A stretch of DNA of 64,000 nt from assembly GCF_009914755.1 (NCBI RefSeq), contig NC_060935.1; one strand, 5' to 3'. The position numbers were made by a program, and so were the translations under genes. This document shows, in pieces, positions 25,463 to 40,723 of this stretch. Under the pieces are notes generated by a model that was not told the DNA's origin, made no database searches, and saw only the letters and a program-made list of their open reading frames with translations. How positions within the stretch are numbered: the stretch's first letter is position 1; the number at the start of each line of letters is the position of its first letter. The stretch is from the human T2T-CHM13v2.0 reference genome, Homo sapiens.

Positions 25463-25859
25463 TTTCACTCATGTCTGTGTGAAGAGACCGCCAATCAGGC
25501 TTTGTGTGAGCAATAAAGCTGTTTATTTCACCTGGGTGCAGGCGGGCTGAGTCCGAAAAGAGAGTCAGCGAAGGGAGATGGGGTGGGGCCATTTTATAGG
25601 ATTTTGGTAGGTAAAGGAAAAAGGGGGGTTCTCTGGCGGGCAGGAATGGGGGTCACAAGGTGCTCACTAGGGGAGCTTTTGAGCCAGGATGAGCCAGGAG
25701 AAGGAATTTCACAAGATAATGTCATCAGTTAAGGCAGGAACAGGCCATTTACACTTTTGTGGTGGAATGTCATCAGTTAAGGCAGGAACCGGCCATCTGG
25801 ATGTGTACTTGCAGGTCACAGGGGATATGATGGCTTAGCTTGGGCTCAGAGGCCTGACA
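25463..25859 (-). mobile_element. HERV-H 5' LTR (LTR7 type) with TATA box and poly(A) signal
   Basis: Minus strand begins TGTCAGGCCTCTGAGCCC; TATAAAA at 25592-25598; AATAAA on minus near 25522-25527. Hand alignment with the 3' LTR gives about 18 substitutions and 4 small indels. Confidence 0.95.
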
Positions 25860-27877
25860 CTAACCTTATTCCATGCAATGCAGGTGTTTAGAACATTTGA
25901 ATGTGTACTATATTTTCATAAACTAGAACGTGTTTAAAGATAACAATGCAGTTGGATGTTTAAGGGAATCATGGCTAAAACTTAAAACTAATGATTGCTT
26001 GCAATATGATTATAATGACCACACTCATCAAGTGTACAGTTTTTCCTGTTATTTTGGGTCTTCTAAAAATGAGAATATAACAAAATCGTGATAGGGCATC
26101 CATATAGATAATATAATGTGTTGGCTGCCTCTAAAGTGATAGAATTTTGTAGAGAAGATGAGGAATGATTATGTCTATAAGGAGAATATCAATGCATTTT
26201 GCAGTTGTTTCCCTTCGGGAAAATCTCCTAAAACTCCATAGCATGTTTCACTGTTGAGACATTTATTCAGGAAAATGTTTTCACTGTCCTTTGCTCTGGA
26301 TACCCATGCTCTGTGCTTTGTAAATGTCTGTACATGCATGTTATACACTGATGACATTTTCGTCCTGGAAGTGTATTGTCTCCATAACTGAACACCTGCC
26401 ACAAATCATAACATCAGACTCAGAATGTGCATTTGAATATTCTAGAGTCAATATATTAGAAGTTTTCAGAACATATTGCTCAACACACACAAAAATTAAT
26501 CAAAATGTCCTGTTTTAGCTTTGCCAGCAATAGCAGGGCACAACAGAATACAGAACTGATTAGTTCCTTATTAAATAAGAATGGTGGCAACAGAGTTTTA
26601 AAATATCAAATTAGTTTAACAGAGGTCTCAGCAAAATGGAAAAACCTAAGCACAAGCTGGGCTGCAGACACAGCAGGGGGCCATCCATCTGTGAAAGGTG
26701 GAAATAACAAAGGTTCTTGCTGAGGTTGCCTTCTGACAAACTTTTCATACTTTGGAGCTGTAAAGAGTTCCTCTGGCTTGTTCTGATTTTTTTGAACTTT
26801 TCCATGGAGCAGATTTTCCCATTTGATCTCTGATGACACCAAAGAAATCAAGAGCACTCAAGACATTAAACCTGGTGTAGAAAATTCTCCTCCATCTGGC
26901 ATAATCTTGGCTGCTGAGAAACTGGAGATGCACCCAATCTTGACAATAAGTAAAGCTATTGAGTGGCATCACCAGACAATCTCAGTAGCCTATTTGAACC
27001 ACAAAAGCAAAGGAAAGTTTTAAATAGGCAATCACATACCCTGCTGTCTTACATATATCACTAGTCACCTTTAATAAATGGCAACTCATTATCTGACAAA
27101 GTAGAATTAGCGGTTTTCAGGAGCAAGAAAGTATGGGATAAAGATCTGTGCAGCTCCCTCATGTAAGATGAGAATCTGTCTGTGCAGGTTCTTCATCTAC
27201 ATGAACTTTGAATATTGGTATTCAATGTTAAAAGGTTGTTGAAGAGGTAGTACACACAACTTTCTCTAAAGCATAGCACCATCCCAATTTGGGACCAAAT
27301 ATATAATGAACTCTTAATGTTCTTTATCTATAGTTTCATTTTTAAGCATTATGAATAATCAATATCTGCTTATTACATTGAGTCCAACAAGGCAAGTGAA
27401 GAAGAAAAACCAGCTGTGAAACAGTTAAGGAGAAATTGCCAAGTCCATAATTTCCCTCTGTGCTGATAATGCCTCCAAATGGATGTATTATTTTATGAAG
27501 AATTCATCCCCAAGTTAGCACATGCCCTGAAAGATCTTTCCAAAGCCTTTAAACTATGTAAGGTGTTCATTATGGGCCTAGGTTTGGGAAATGGGGCTGT
27601 TTATATCTTTTTTTTTCTATTAAAATGAAAAATATTTATTATAAACCTATTTTTTTTGTTTGTTTGTTTTTTATGATACTTTAAGTTTTAGGGTACATGT
27701 GCACATTGTGCAGGTTAGTTACATATGTATACATGTGCCATGCTGGTGCACTGCACCCACTAACTCGTCATCTAGCATTAGGTATATCTCCCAATGCTAT
27801 CCCTCCCCCCTCCCCCGACCCCACCACAGTCCCCAGAGGGTGATATTCCCCTTCCTGTGTCCATGTGATCTCATTGT

Positions 27878-31726
<3,849 letters not shown>

Positions 31727-31765
31727 TCATTAGTTGATGCAGTTTCTTCCTAGTCTCGATGGTCT

Positions 31766-32778
31766 TTACATTTTGGCATGATTTTGCAGCGGGTGGTACC
31801 GGTTGTTCCTTTCCATGTTTAGTGCTTCCTTCAGGAGCTCTTTTAGGGCAGGCCTGGTGGTGACAAGATCTCTGAGCATTTGCTTGTCTGTAAAGTATTT
31901 TATTTCTCCTTCACTTATGAAGCTTAGTTTGGCTGGATATGAAATTCTGGGTTGAAAATTCTTTTGTTTAAGAATGTTGAATATTGGCCCCCACTCTCTT
32001 CTGGCTTGTAGGGTTTCTGCCGAGAGATCTGCTGTTAGTCTGATGGGCTTCCCTTTGAGGGTAACCCGACCTTTCTCTCTGGCTACCCTTAACATTTTTT
32101 CCTTCATTTCAACTTTGGTGAATCGGACAATTATGTGTCTTGGAGTTGCTCTTCTTGAGGAGTATCTTTGTGGCGTTCTCTGTATTTCCTGAATCTGAAC
32201 GTTGGCCTGCCTTGCTAGATTGGGGAAGTTCTCCTGGATAATATCCTGCAGAGTGTTTTCCAACTTGGTTCCATTCTCCCCATCACTTTCAGGTACACCA
32301 ATCAGACGTAGATTTGGTCTTTTCACATAGTCCCATATTTCTTGGAGGCTTTGCTCATTTCCTTTTATTCTTTTTTCTCTAAACTTCCCTTCTCGCTTCA
32401 TTTCATTCATTTCATCTTCCATTGCTGATACCCTTTCTTCCAGTTGATCGCATCGGCTCCTGAGGCTTCTGCATTCTTCACGTAGTTCTGGAGCCTTGGT
32501 TTTCAGCTCCATCAGCTCCTTTAAGCACTTCTCTGTATTGTTTATTCTAGTTATACATTCTTCTAAATTTTTTCAAAGTTTTCAACTTCTTTGCCTTTGG
32601 TTTGAATGTCCTCCCGTAGCTCAGAGTAATTTGGTCGTCTGAAGCCTTCTCTCAGCTCGTCAAAATCATTCTCCATCCAGCTTTGTTCCGTTACTGGTGA
32701 GGAACTGCGTTCCTTTGGAGGAGGAGAGGTGCTCTGCGTTTTAGAGTTTCCAGTTTTTCTGTTCTGTTTTTTCCCCAT
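31766..32778 (-). pseudogene. ORF1: L1 ORF1 (RNA-binding chaperone), frameshifted
   Basis: MGKKQNRKTGNSKTQS...ENFEK, then a frameshift in an A-run near 32570; the remainder MELKTK...QNHAKM is open. Confidence 0.95.
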
Positions 32779-33682
32779 CTTTGTGGTTTTATCTACTTTT
32801 GGTCTTTGATGATGGTGATGTACAGATGGGTTTTTGGTGTGGATGTCCTTTCTGTTTGTTAGTTTTCCTTCTAACAGACAGGACCCTCAGCTGCAGGTCT
32901 GTTGGAATACCCTGCCGTGTGAGGTGTCAGTGTGCCCCTCTTGGGGGGTGCCTCCCAGTTAGGCTGCTCGGGGGTCAGGGGTCAGGGACCCACTTGAGGA
33001 GGCAGTCTGCCCGTTCTCAGATCTCCAGCTGCGTGCTGGGAGAACCACTGCTCTCTTCAAAGCTGTCAGACAGGGACATTTAAGTCTGCAGAGGTTACTG
33101 CTGTCTTTTTGTTTGTCTGTGCCCTGCCCCCAGAGGTGGAGCCTACAGAGGCAGGCAGGCCTCCTTGAGCTGTGGTGGGCTCCACCCAGTTCGAGCTTCC
33201 CGGCTGCTTTGTTTACCTAAGCAAGCCTGGGCAATGGCAGGCGCCCCTCCCCCAGCCTCGCTGCCGCCTTGCAGTTTGATCTCAGACTGCTGTGCTAGCA
33301 ATCAGCGAGATTCCGTGGGCGTAGGAACCTCCGAGCCAGGTGTGGGATATAGTCTCGTGGTGTGCCGTTTCTTAAGCCGGTCTGAAAAGCGCAATATTCG
33401 GGTGGGAGTGACCCGATTTTCCAGGTGCGTCCGTCACCCCTTTCTTTGACTCGGAAAGGGAACCCCCTGACCCCTTGCGCTTCCCAGGTGAGGCAATGCC
33501 TCGCCCTGCTTCGGCTCGCGCACGGTGCACACACCCACTGGCCTGCGCCCACTGTCTGGCACTTCCTAGTGAGATGCACCCGGTACCTCAGATGGAAATG
33601 CAGAAATCACCCGTCTTCTGCGTCGCTCACGCTGGGAGCTGTAGACTGGAGCTGTTCCTATTCGGCCATCTTGGTTCCTCCC
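32779..33682 (-). promoter_or_regulatory. L1 5'UTR internal sense and antisense promoter (CpG-rich; YY1 site intact)
   Basis: YY1 motif AAGATGGCC at 33664-33672 (minus); CpG-rich 33200-33680; length consistent with absence of the 129-bp ZNF93-bound segment. Confidence 0.85.
33234..33449 (+). CDS. ORF0: L1 ORF0 (antisense 71-aa ORF), intact reading frame
   Basis: GCAATGG start; MAGAPPPASLPPCSLISDCCASNQRDSVGVGTSEPGVGYSLVVCRFLSRSEKRNIRVGVTRFSRCVRHPFL*; internal donors CAG|GT at 33340 and 33425. Expression not shown. Confidence 0.8.
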   Translation: MAGAPPPASLPPCSLISDCCASNQRDSVGVGTSEPGVGYSLVVCRFLSRSEKRNIRVGVTRFSRCVRHPFL

Positions 33683-34774
33683 GAGGCTGTTTATATCTTA
33701 AATTAACTTCTAGTCAGGCTTCACTCCACAACTAATTGGCATGACCTTGGGTGTATCTTCTCTCAAATATCCTTGACATCCATCTGCTGTGAAGATGAAT
33801 TAGTTATTTAGGTAGCAATCCCATCTCTTGGTTTAGCCAATGTGCATCCATTCCTCTTTAGGCCTATTAAGCTGGGGATGAACTTTCAAGTTAATGCACA
33901 ATGCAATCACTACCACTCTGGAGATGTCAGACACCTAAATATTTTCTATTCAGTAATGAAAAACCTCTTTCTAAAATAAGAGGGATAGAAAGAATAAAGG
34001 AGGAGGGATGAGGAGGGAAAAGTCAATAAAGACCTAGTGATTCAATTAAGAGTTTAGGTATCTGCCAGCTTTTATTAGGTCCAACTTTGACTTATACTGC
34101 TAAGGTCAGCAAGTGGTCAGTATGGATGCAGTGGGGAGGGTGGGGAGGGGGGGACCTGCATCAGAGTCTTAGGTAAAGGGAATATCAAGTCTCTTAAATG
34201 AATAAGAAGAGACAGTTGGCCCTGATAACAGGGAAAAAAAATCACATTTTTTTACTGGGAAAGGATAAATTTCTCCACAGTACCTTAGCCAGCATGAGAG
34301 ACTCACTCACTACCACATGGCAGGTCAGGATAACCACCAAACTCCTTCCAAATGCTGACTCTCTCTCCTTATACACATACATGTACGATCCTTAGAGAAA
34401 GAAAAGGTGTGCTATCCATATCTGACTTTAAAATAACACATAATCTGAGGGATCTGGACGATTTATTTAGTAACAGACTATGAAATGGTAATACTTTTTT
34501 TCTGAATGTGATGTTTGTTCACTGGAATAGAAAAACAAATATATATTTTAAGAAAATACTAGATGGGAGAATTTGACCAGGTGCAATGGCATACATTGTC
34601 CCAGAATGTCAAAGCAATATCTATTGGGTAAACATTATTGTCTAGTTTTAGAGCTAAAGACATGGATCTCAGTGGGGTGTCAACCTTGCTTGAAGTAATC
34701 AGCTGTTGTCACCTCACATCCAAGTGTTTTGATTTTACAGTATACTTACTGTCACTACTATATCCATGCAGGAA

Positions 34775-34885
34775 GCAAACATTTATTCAGCATTCAGCAT
34801 CTACTATACGACAGTCAGTGTACTAGATACTGGGGATACAACTGTGAATAAAACAAAAATCCCTGGCTTCATGGGTCTAGTGTTA
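34775..34885 (-). mobile_element. L2 3' end fragment
   Basis: 'acatttattcagc..ctactat..tactagatactggggatacaactgtgaataaaaca' resembles the reversed L2 terminus. Confidence 0.6.
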
Positions 34886-35779
34886 AGCAAGTTTCCCCAT
34901 GTTCTGTTTATTTTTCTTCTTAACACTTGAGAACAATAAGTAGATGACATATTTTGGTTTCCTTGCTTGTGTCTTTTTATGTCAAGATTTCTTCTCAATT
35001 ATTCTAGGTCACATCATGCCCAAGCGAGTCACATTACTTTGGTTTCATCTAATTCTTAAAGTACCTACTCTGTGTTAGTGACTAGACCAGGCACTGGAGA
35101 TGCATAAATAAAACTATGACAGTGAGAGTTGAAAAGAGAGTGGATTATAGATTTTAATGAAATAATAGGATTCTTATTTAACCTGGTGGGTTGAATACAT
35201 TTGTTTATCCTACCTCCCTTTGAAACATCACTATTTTGAAATTAAAAGAGTATAAAAAGTAAAAAGTTAGAAGAGTTAACAATATAGGAAATGTTAGCAA
35301 GAAAAGGGGTTACATGTAAGCAGGCAGAGAACAGTTTTATCAGTGAAAAATGACTAAGCTTAGAGGGGAAAGCCAAAAGCTCAGTGGTTACAGGGGAAGG
35401 AAGTTAGGTGATGGTAATAAGTAGACCAGTTTGTGTTTCCAAACACTGGAAAGGCTCAAGAGTTGAAGGATGTGGCACATCAGACGACAGGGCCTCTGGT
35501 GGGACTATGAATAGGAGGATTGGTTGAAAATCTTCATAAGATGCATTTCATTAAATACTTCTCATCCACCACCCCACACAAAGGATAACACCATCTTCCT
35601 GACCTCCATAGAATATAGGCAATTAACTCTCTGGAGGAGCGGAATTGTTGTTTTGGGGATGCTGCACATAGTGAGGGGCAATTTTGAAATGATGTGAGCT
35701 CAATCCCAATCTGCCTTAAATCCCCTCCCCATCCATCCCATTCCCTTCTTGGACTCTGTGCTGGGCAGCTTCCAACACA

Positions 35780-36380
35780 CACTCACTATTCCCCACTTCC
35801 GAGTGCTTGCATCCTTTTGGAATTCCCACCCTTGAGTGTGGCCTGAACCTGGTGACTTGTTTTCTCCTTAATGGAATATGGTAAAGAGATAGGATGTCAC
35901 CCCAATGATTGACAAGGCTATGATGTCTGTCTTGCTAGCACTCTTGCTGATATTTCTTTTGACTTCTTGTTTACTGGGTCTGACAAAACAAGCTCTATGA
36001 AGAGGTCCTCAGAGAAAGAAAATAAGGAAGACATTTGTCCACTTGCCTGCATGGACCTGTATCCTGCCCACCACTATATAAGTGACATAGGAAGAGACCC
36101 TTAACAGAGCTCTATGATAACCGCAGCCTTGTAGGGCGACTGTGTGTCCTGGTTTGCCCCAGATTGAGGGATTTTGCAGGACCTAGGACTTCTGAGGCTA
36201 AAATTGGTAGAGTCCTGGGAAAACTGGGATGATTATTCATCCTACTTATGAAAGATTCAGAGCCAGAAGTCCCAGCTAAGGTATATCCAAATTCTTGGTC
36301 ACAGAAACTGTGAGATAACAAATGTTATTTGAACCCACTGTTTTGGGCTAATTTGTTATGCAGCAATAGATAACTCAAAT
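35780..36380 (+). mobile_element. MaLR LTR (MLT1-type), interrupted by MER81
   Basis: MLT1 3' end 'cacagaaactgtgagataacaaatg...atttgttatgcagcaatagataact'. Confidence 0.7.
36132..36244 (-). mobile_element. MER81-like hAT-Blackjack MITE
   Basis: ~113 bp bounded by tagggcgac...ttcatccta; interior 'tcctggtttgcccc..gctaaaattgg..gtcctgggaaaactggga'. Confidence 0.7.
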
Positions 36381-36599
36381 AGACTCCTAGAACACTGACA
36401 GATAGACTTGTACCAGCAAGTCATGGTATCTAGGTACTTCCTTCTGGGTAAAATGATGATGGGAAGAGAAAAGGCAAATAGTTACTTAGAGTAAGGGGCT
36501 TTCCTAACAAAATTCTAAGGTTCCTGTTCACACATCCCCACAATGAAGTCTACGTCTTATCAAGAGCTGCCTCAGCACACAAAGCTTCCTAAAGGCATT

Positions 36600-37300
36600 T
36601 TAACATTTATCTCTTAAGTGAACTGACAACCAAGATTAAAATGATATTTTAAAGAAAGCTTCTAATACAATGGTCAAAAATCAAAGGAAATGAATAGAAA
36701 AAGAAAATGCGAGGAAAGAGAGTGTGTAAAGAACAAAAGAAAATTTCACTAGAATCATTAATGCACCCATGGATCTACTCAGAAAAGTAAAAGAAGACAT
36801 GTATCCATGAAATCATAACAAATGCTCTAAAAAGAGCATGAATGGAATAAATAATCTTGGAAATGGAGAATATTATGAAAGACATTAAATCATCACAGAA
36901 GTGTTAAAAGATAAAAGTAACCGTCTCAGAAAAGGAGAATTGAAGATATAAAAGGGAAAAAAGTATGAAAACATCAGTCTAAGACTAATAGGAATTCCAG
37001 AAAATCAGAGAACTGAGAACATGGAGAGAAGAAAATTATTAAATAATTTGTGAAAACCCAACTTGAAGAAGCAAATACTCCACACAGCAAATAAGAAAGA
37101 CCCACATCAGAAACAAAGAAAAATTCATATCACAAAATTTTAGAACCCTAGGAATAAAGACAATAACTTAAACATTGAACAGGACAATAAAAACCCATAT
37201 ACGACAGATAAAAAATTAGAACTGCATCAGGTTTCTCAAAAGCATCATTGGATAATTTAACAATCCTCAAAGGAAATGATTGCCAATTCTGTTTCTAGGA
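36600..37300 (+). mobile_element. Ancient L1M/HAL1 ORF1-region fragment
   Basis: A-rich; 'ctaataggaattccagaa', 'gacccacatc', 'attagaactgcatcaggtttctc' resemble ORF1 motifs (IGIPE, RPT, IRLxSDFS). Confidence 0.55.
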
Positions 37301-40300
37301 AAAAAAAAGTAGTCAGTAGTTTACTGGAAAGGAAATGGGATAAAAGGAAATGCAGGTGGTAAAATGCAGACCACCAATGGCAGAAGTTTGGCTGAACTGT
37401 AGGAGAGACCTATGTCTGTTGAGCAAGGGCATATGTGTTTGTGGTAGCGTTTCATAGTGCTCATTAACATTTTGAGAACCTGATTTATTCTGGGCCCACA
37501 ACTACATTGTCCTGTTCGATCCCTAAGTTTAGACATAGCCATATGACTTCCGTAGTCATAAATTTAAAAACGAAGTGACATATGTTACTTCTCCATATTC
37601 TGTTTGTCTGAGCACTGAACCCCGAAGCATTGTGTTAACATGGTGGAGCCTTGGTCATCCTAAGTCTCTGAAGGACCAGAATGAGCAAAGCTCTGTGACC
37701 ACTGACAATAGACACATAGCCCACATGAGGAGGAAGTAAAGCTAGTTTGTTTTACAACACTAATATTTTTAAGCCGTTTCCAAAGCATGATTTAACCATC
37801 CTGGTGAGTGAGATGTCTTTCCTGTCCATTTGGATTTAATGTGGGAGATAATTTTACATAATCGTATGATAAAAAAGCACTAAAGAAGGAGACATAGAAC
37901 ATTCCAAGCAGAAGGACAAATGATAAAGATACAGAGGACAGAGAGACTGAAAAATTACAGAATAATTGAAGAATTAACCTTCAGTAAGGAAATAAACAGT
38001 TCATCTTTTGAGATAGAATGAAAAGAACTATCATGGCATAGAAATGCAGATATGATAATGAATAGGAAGTCAGTATTTTTTTTTCCATATACTTCTGTTT
38101 TCTTTTCTAAAAAGTGGGAAGTGAGATTATTTGTTGTGCATTGTTGAAATTATGGGGGAAAATGGTGGAATGTGAATGTATCAAGTTTAGTCAGGAAAAC
38201 AGAAGGCATCTTTATTCAAATGCAAGAATGAGGGATTTTACTTCAGGGAACTGGTGGTTTCTACAAATATTACATATGCTGAGAGAACGAAGGTCAAGTG
38301 GCCAACATTAAAAATCTCAGCCTTCAATTATAAACAAGAGACTCCTAAAAGATTCTTATGAAAACTGTGAGAAATCTCAAAAGCCTTTAGAAAGATCTGA
38401 CTAAGTATCTTGGTCTGCATAAGCAGGTGAGTGGTTCTTAAACTGCCACAAACTCTATCTACCTACACATCTGGCTACCACCTACACATCTGGCTACTGT
38501 TGCCTCCAGAGAAAAATGGCTTTTTCTCCCCCTCCACCTGGAAAATCCCACCTGAATATCTCTCATTGGCAGATACCGAGTGGCTATGGGAAAGGGGACT
38601 CTGGGAAGTGTGATTTCCTCTCAGCAATTAAGAGGACATTTGTGAAGTGGGCAGTAATGATGGCATATTGAATGTCCTTGTCACATTTTGATAGCTTTTC
38701 ATAGTGCAAATCCTGTTTTACCAATGTGGAATTCTCCCCCAAAGCTATATCTCCTAGTTTCCCTTATTGTTAAAGACTAGACATGTATTTTACTTTCTTC
38801 AATTTGATATACTGTGAAAAGCTGATTCAGAGCAGAGTTCTGAGGAGAAGGAGGCAGAACACGAAGAATATGTCTTGCCCACACAGAAGACAGCAGCACA
38901 GCTGAGGTTGTGTATTTCTGATGTGAAAGCTCCCTGGGCATGGAAGAGGCAAAGCTCCTTTGTTTTGTGGACTCCTTTGGTGGACTAGGTCAATGGTGTG
39001 GCTCTGGGAGTTATTTCTAGAACCTTAGCCTAAAATCTGTTCTTCAGCCCTCCTAACAATTCCATAAACTATTTCTAGACTTAACAAAGACTTGTCTACT
39101 ACAATCAGGTAGTGTTTTCTGTTTTCCTCAACAAAGAACCCTGATCAATACTGTGTGATTAGGGAGAGTGGTGAAGGCTTGGAAAAGCTGCTATAGGGAT
39201 GAGAGGATAATTAGGGGGCATCTTAAGAGATGGACTGCGAGCTGATGTAGTTGTGTTGTGTTGACAATTACCCAGATGTATGATATTTCTCTCTAGCAGT
39301 CTGAGCAGCTTGTGTTATGAAGTGGAGAAGGTTTGCATTAACTCAACATTCTCCTAGTTTCACCATTTCAAGAACTGAAGAACTGAAAGTTGATGCACAG
39401 TCCCAGGCAAAGAAGTAATGGAAATGTAAATTGAATCCATGTTAGTTAAGGTCCACATATAGTAATGAGTTTCTGGGAGACGATTTCTTTCTTACAGTTT
39501 TCTTCACTTAACAACTAAAAAGCCATTCCAAGGAAAATAACTATCTCAATATCAGTTAAGACTTGTTGACAAAGATGGTTTCTTACATGTATAAATATTA
39601 AGATATTTAATGTGAGTCGTTTGTTCATTAAATGTTTCATGTTATCTAGAATAAGAGTTGCTGGAATTTATCAAAATTTCTCTATAATTCTACTTTGGTA
39701 GTTAATTCTGTCCTCACCCTACCCAAGTGTATATCACTGTTTAGAAAGTTGCTAATAAGAAATACGATTGGTCTGCTAGGTTACAAAACAAAGGAACTAA
39801 TGTCCACAGCTGAGGTAAAGCAAAGAAACAAAAGACTAACTATAACATCACATTATCACTCTTTTATTGTATTTAAACTTGAATGTATTCAGGAATACGT
39901 TTGCAAAGAGGAAATTTGTGAATTTAAAGAATTATCTCTAAAATATAACTTTATATGTATTCCCAATTTTTCATTTCTAATTTCTCTAGACATCCTACAT
40001 TTATCTATTCACAATAACTCTTTTCTAGATATTACTAGGTAACGGGGAGGTAGGAAAATTAAGCAGAAAAGATCCCTGCCCCTAATGAAATATAGAGCTT
40101 TGTAGGAGAAATTGACATTTAACAAATGATGAAATACATAAAGCATCAAACATTGCTATAAGAATGCTAAAGGAAAATAAAAATTAGCATGTAATGGGCA
40201 CTATGTTTTAGATTTGGGATATTGAAAAGGTCTTTCTGAGAAATTTATGGTTAGTTAAGACCAGAATAATGAGTAGGAATTATCCATTTTAATAATGAGT

Positions 40301-40419
40301 GTCACTTATTTCCAGATAGAATAAATAGCACATGCAAAGGTCCTGATGCAAGACATAATAGCCTATCAAGTCCTGCACAGAAGCAATGATTTGAAAAAAA
40401 TAATAAAACATGTTGTCAG

Positions 40420-40723
40420 GGCCGGGCATGGTGGCTCACGCCTGTAATCCCAGCACTTTGGAAGGCCGAGGCAAGTGGATCACTTGAGGTCAGGAGTTTG
40501 AGACTAGCCTGGCCAACACGGTGAAACCTCGTCTCTACTGAAAATACAAAATTAGCTGGGTGTGGTGGCATTCACTGTAATCCTAGCTACTCAGGAGGCT
40601 GAGGCAGGAGAATCGGTTGAATCTGGGAGGCGGAGTTTGCAGTGAGACGAGATTGCACTGCTACAGTCCAGCCTAGGTGACAGAGCGAGACTCCATCCCG
40701 AAAAAAAAAAAAAAAAAAAAAAA
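40420..40723 (+). mobile_element. Alu (AluS-like)
   Basis: Dimeric Alu with a 22-nt A tail; degenerate TSD aaaacatgttgtcag / agaatatgttatcag. Confidence 0.95.

Larger units (their letters stand above)
19881..25859 (-). mobile_element. HERV-H provirus (~5.98 kb, common pol/env-deleted form)
   Basis: Two homologous ~400-bp LTRs, His PBS, PPT, and gag NC, RT, RNase H and IN remnants. Confidence 0.97.

Noticed and set aside
38461-38497. 19-bp tandem duplication (similar ones near 628-672 and 16727-16765)
   Set aside because: Ordinary slippage duplications within old repeats, with no further structure.
37480-39150. Further old LTR-like pieces (MLT1/LTR33-like), also a DNA-transposon-like stretch at ~41850-42520 and an MLT1-like stretch at ~60100-60620
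   Set aside because: Resemblance noticed, but too degenerate to name or bound reliably without an HMM search.
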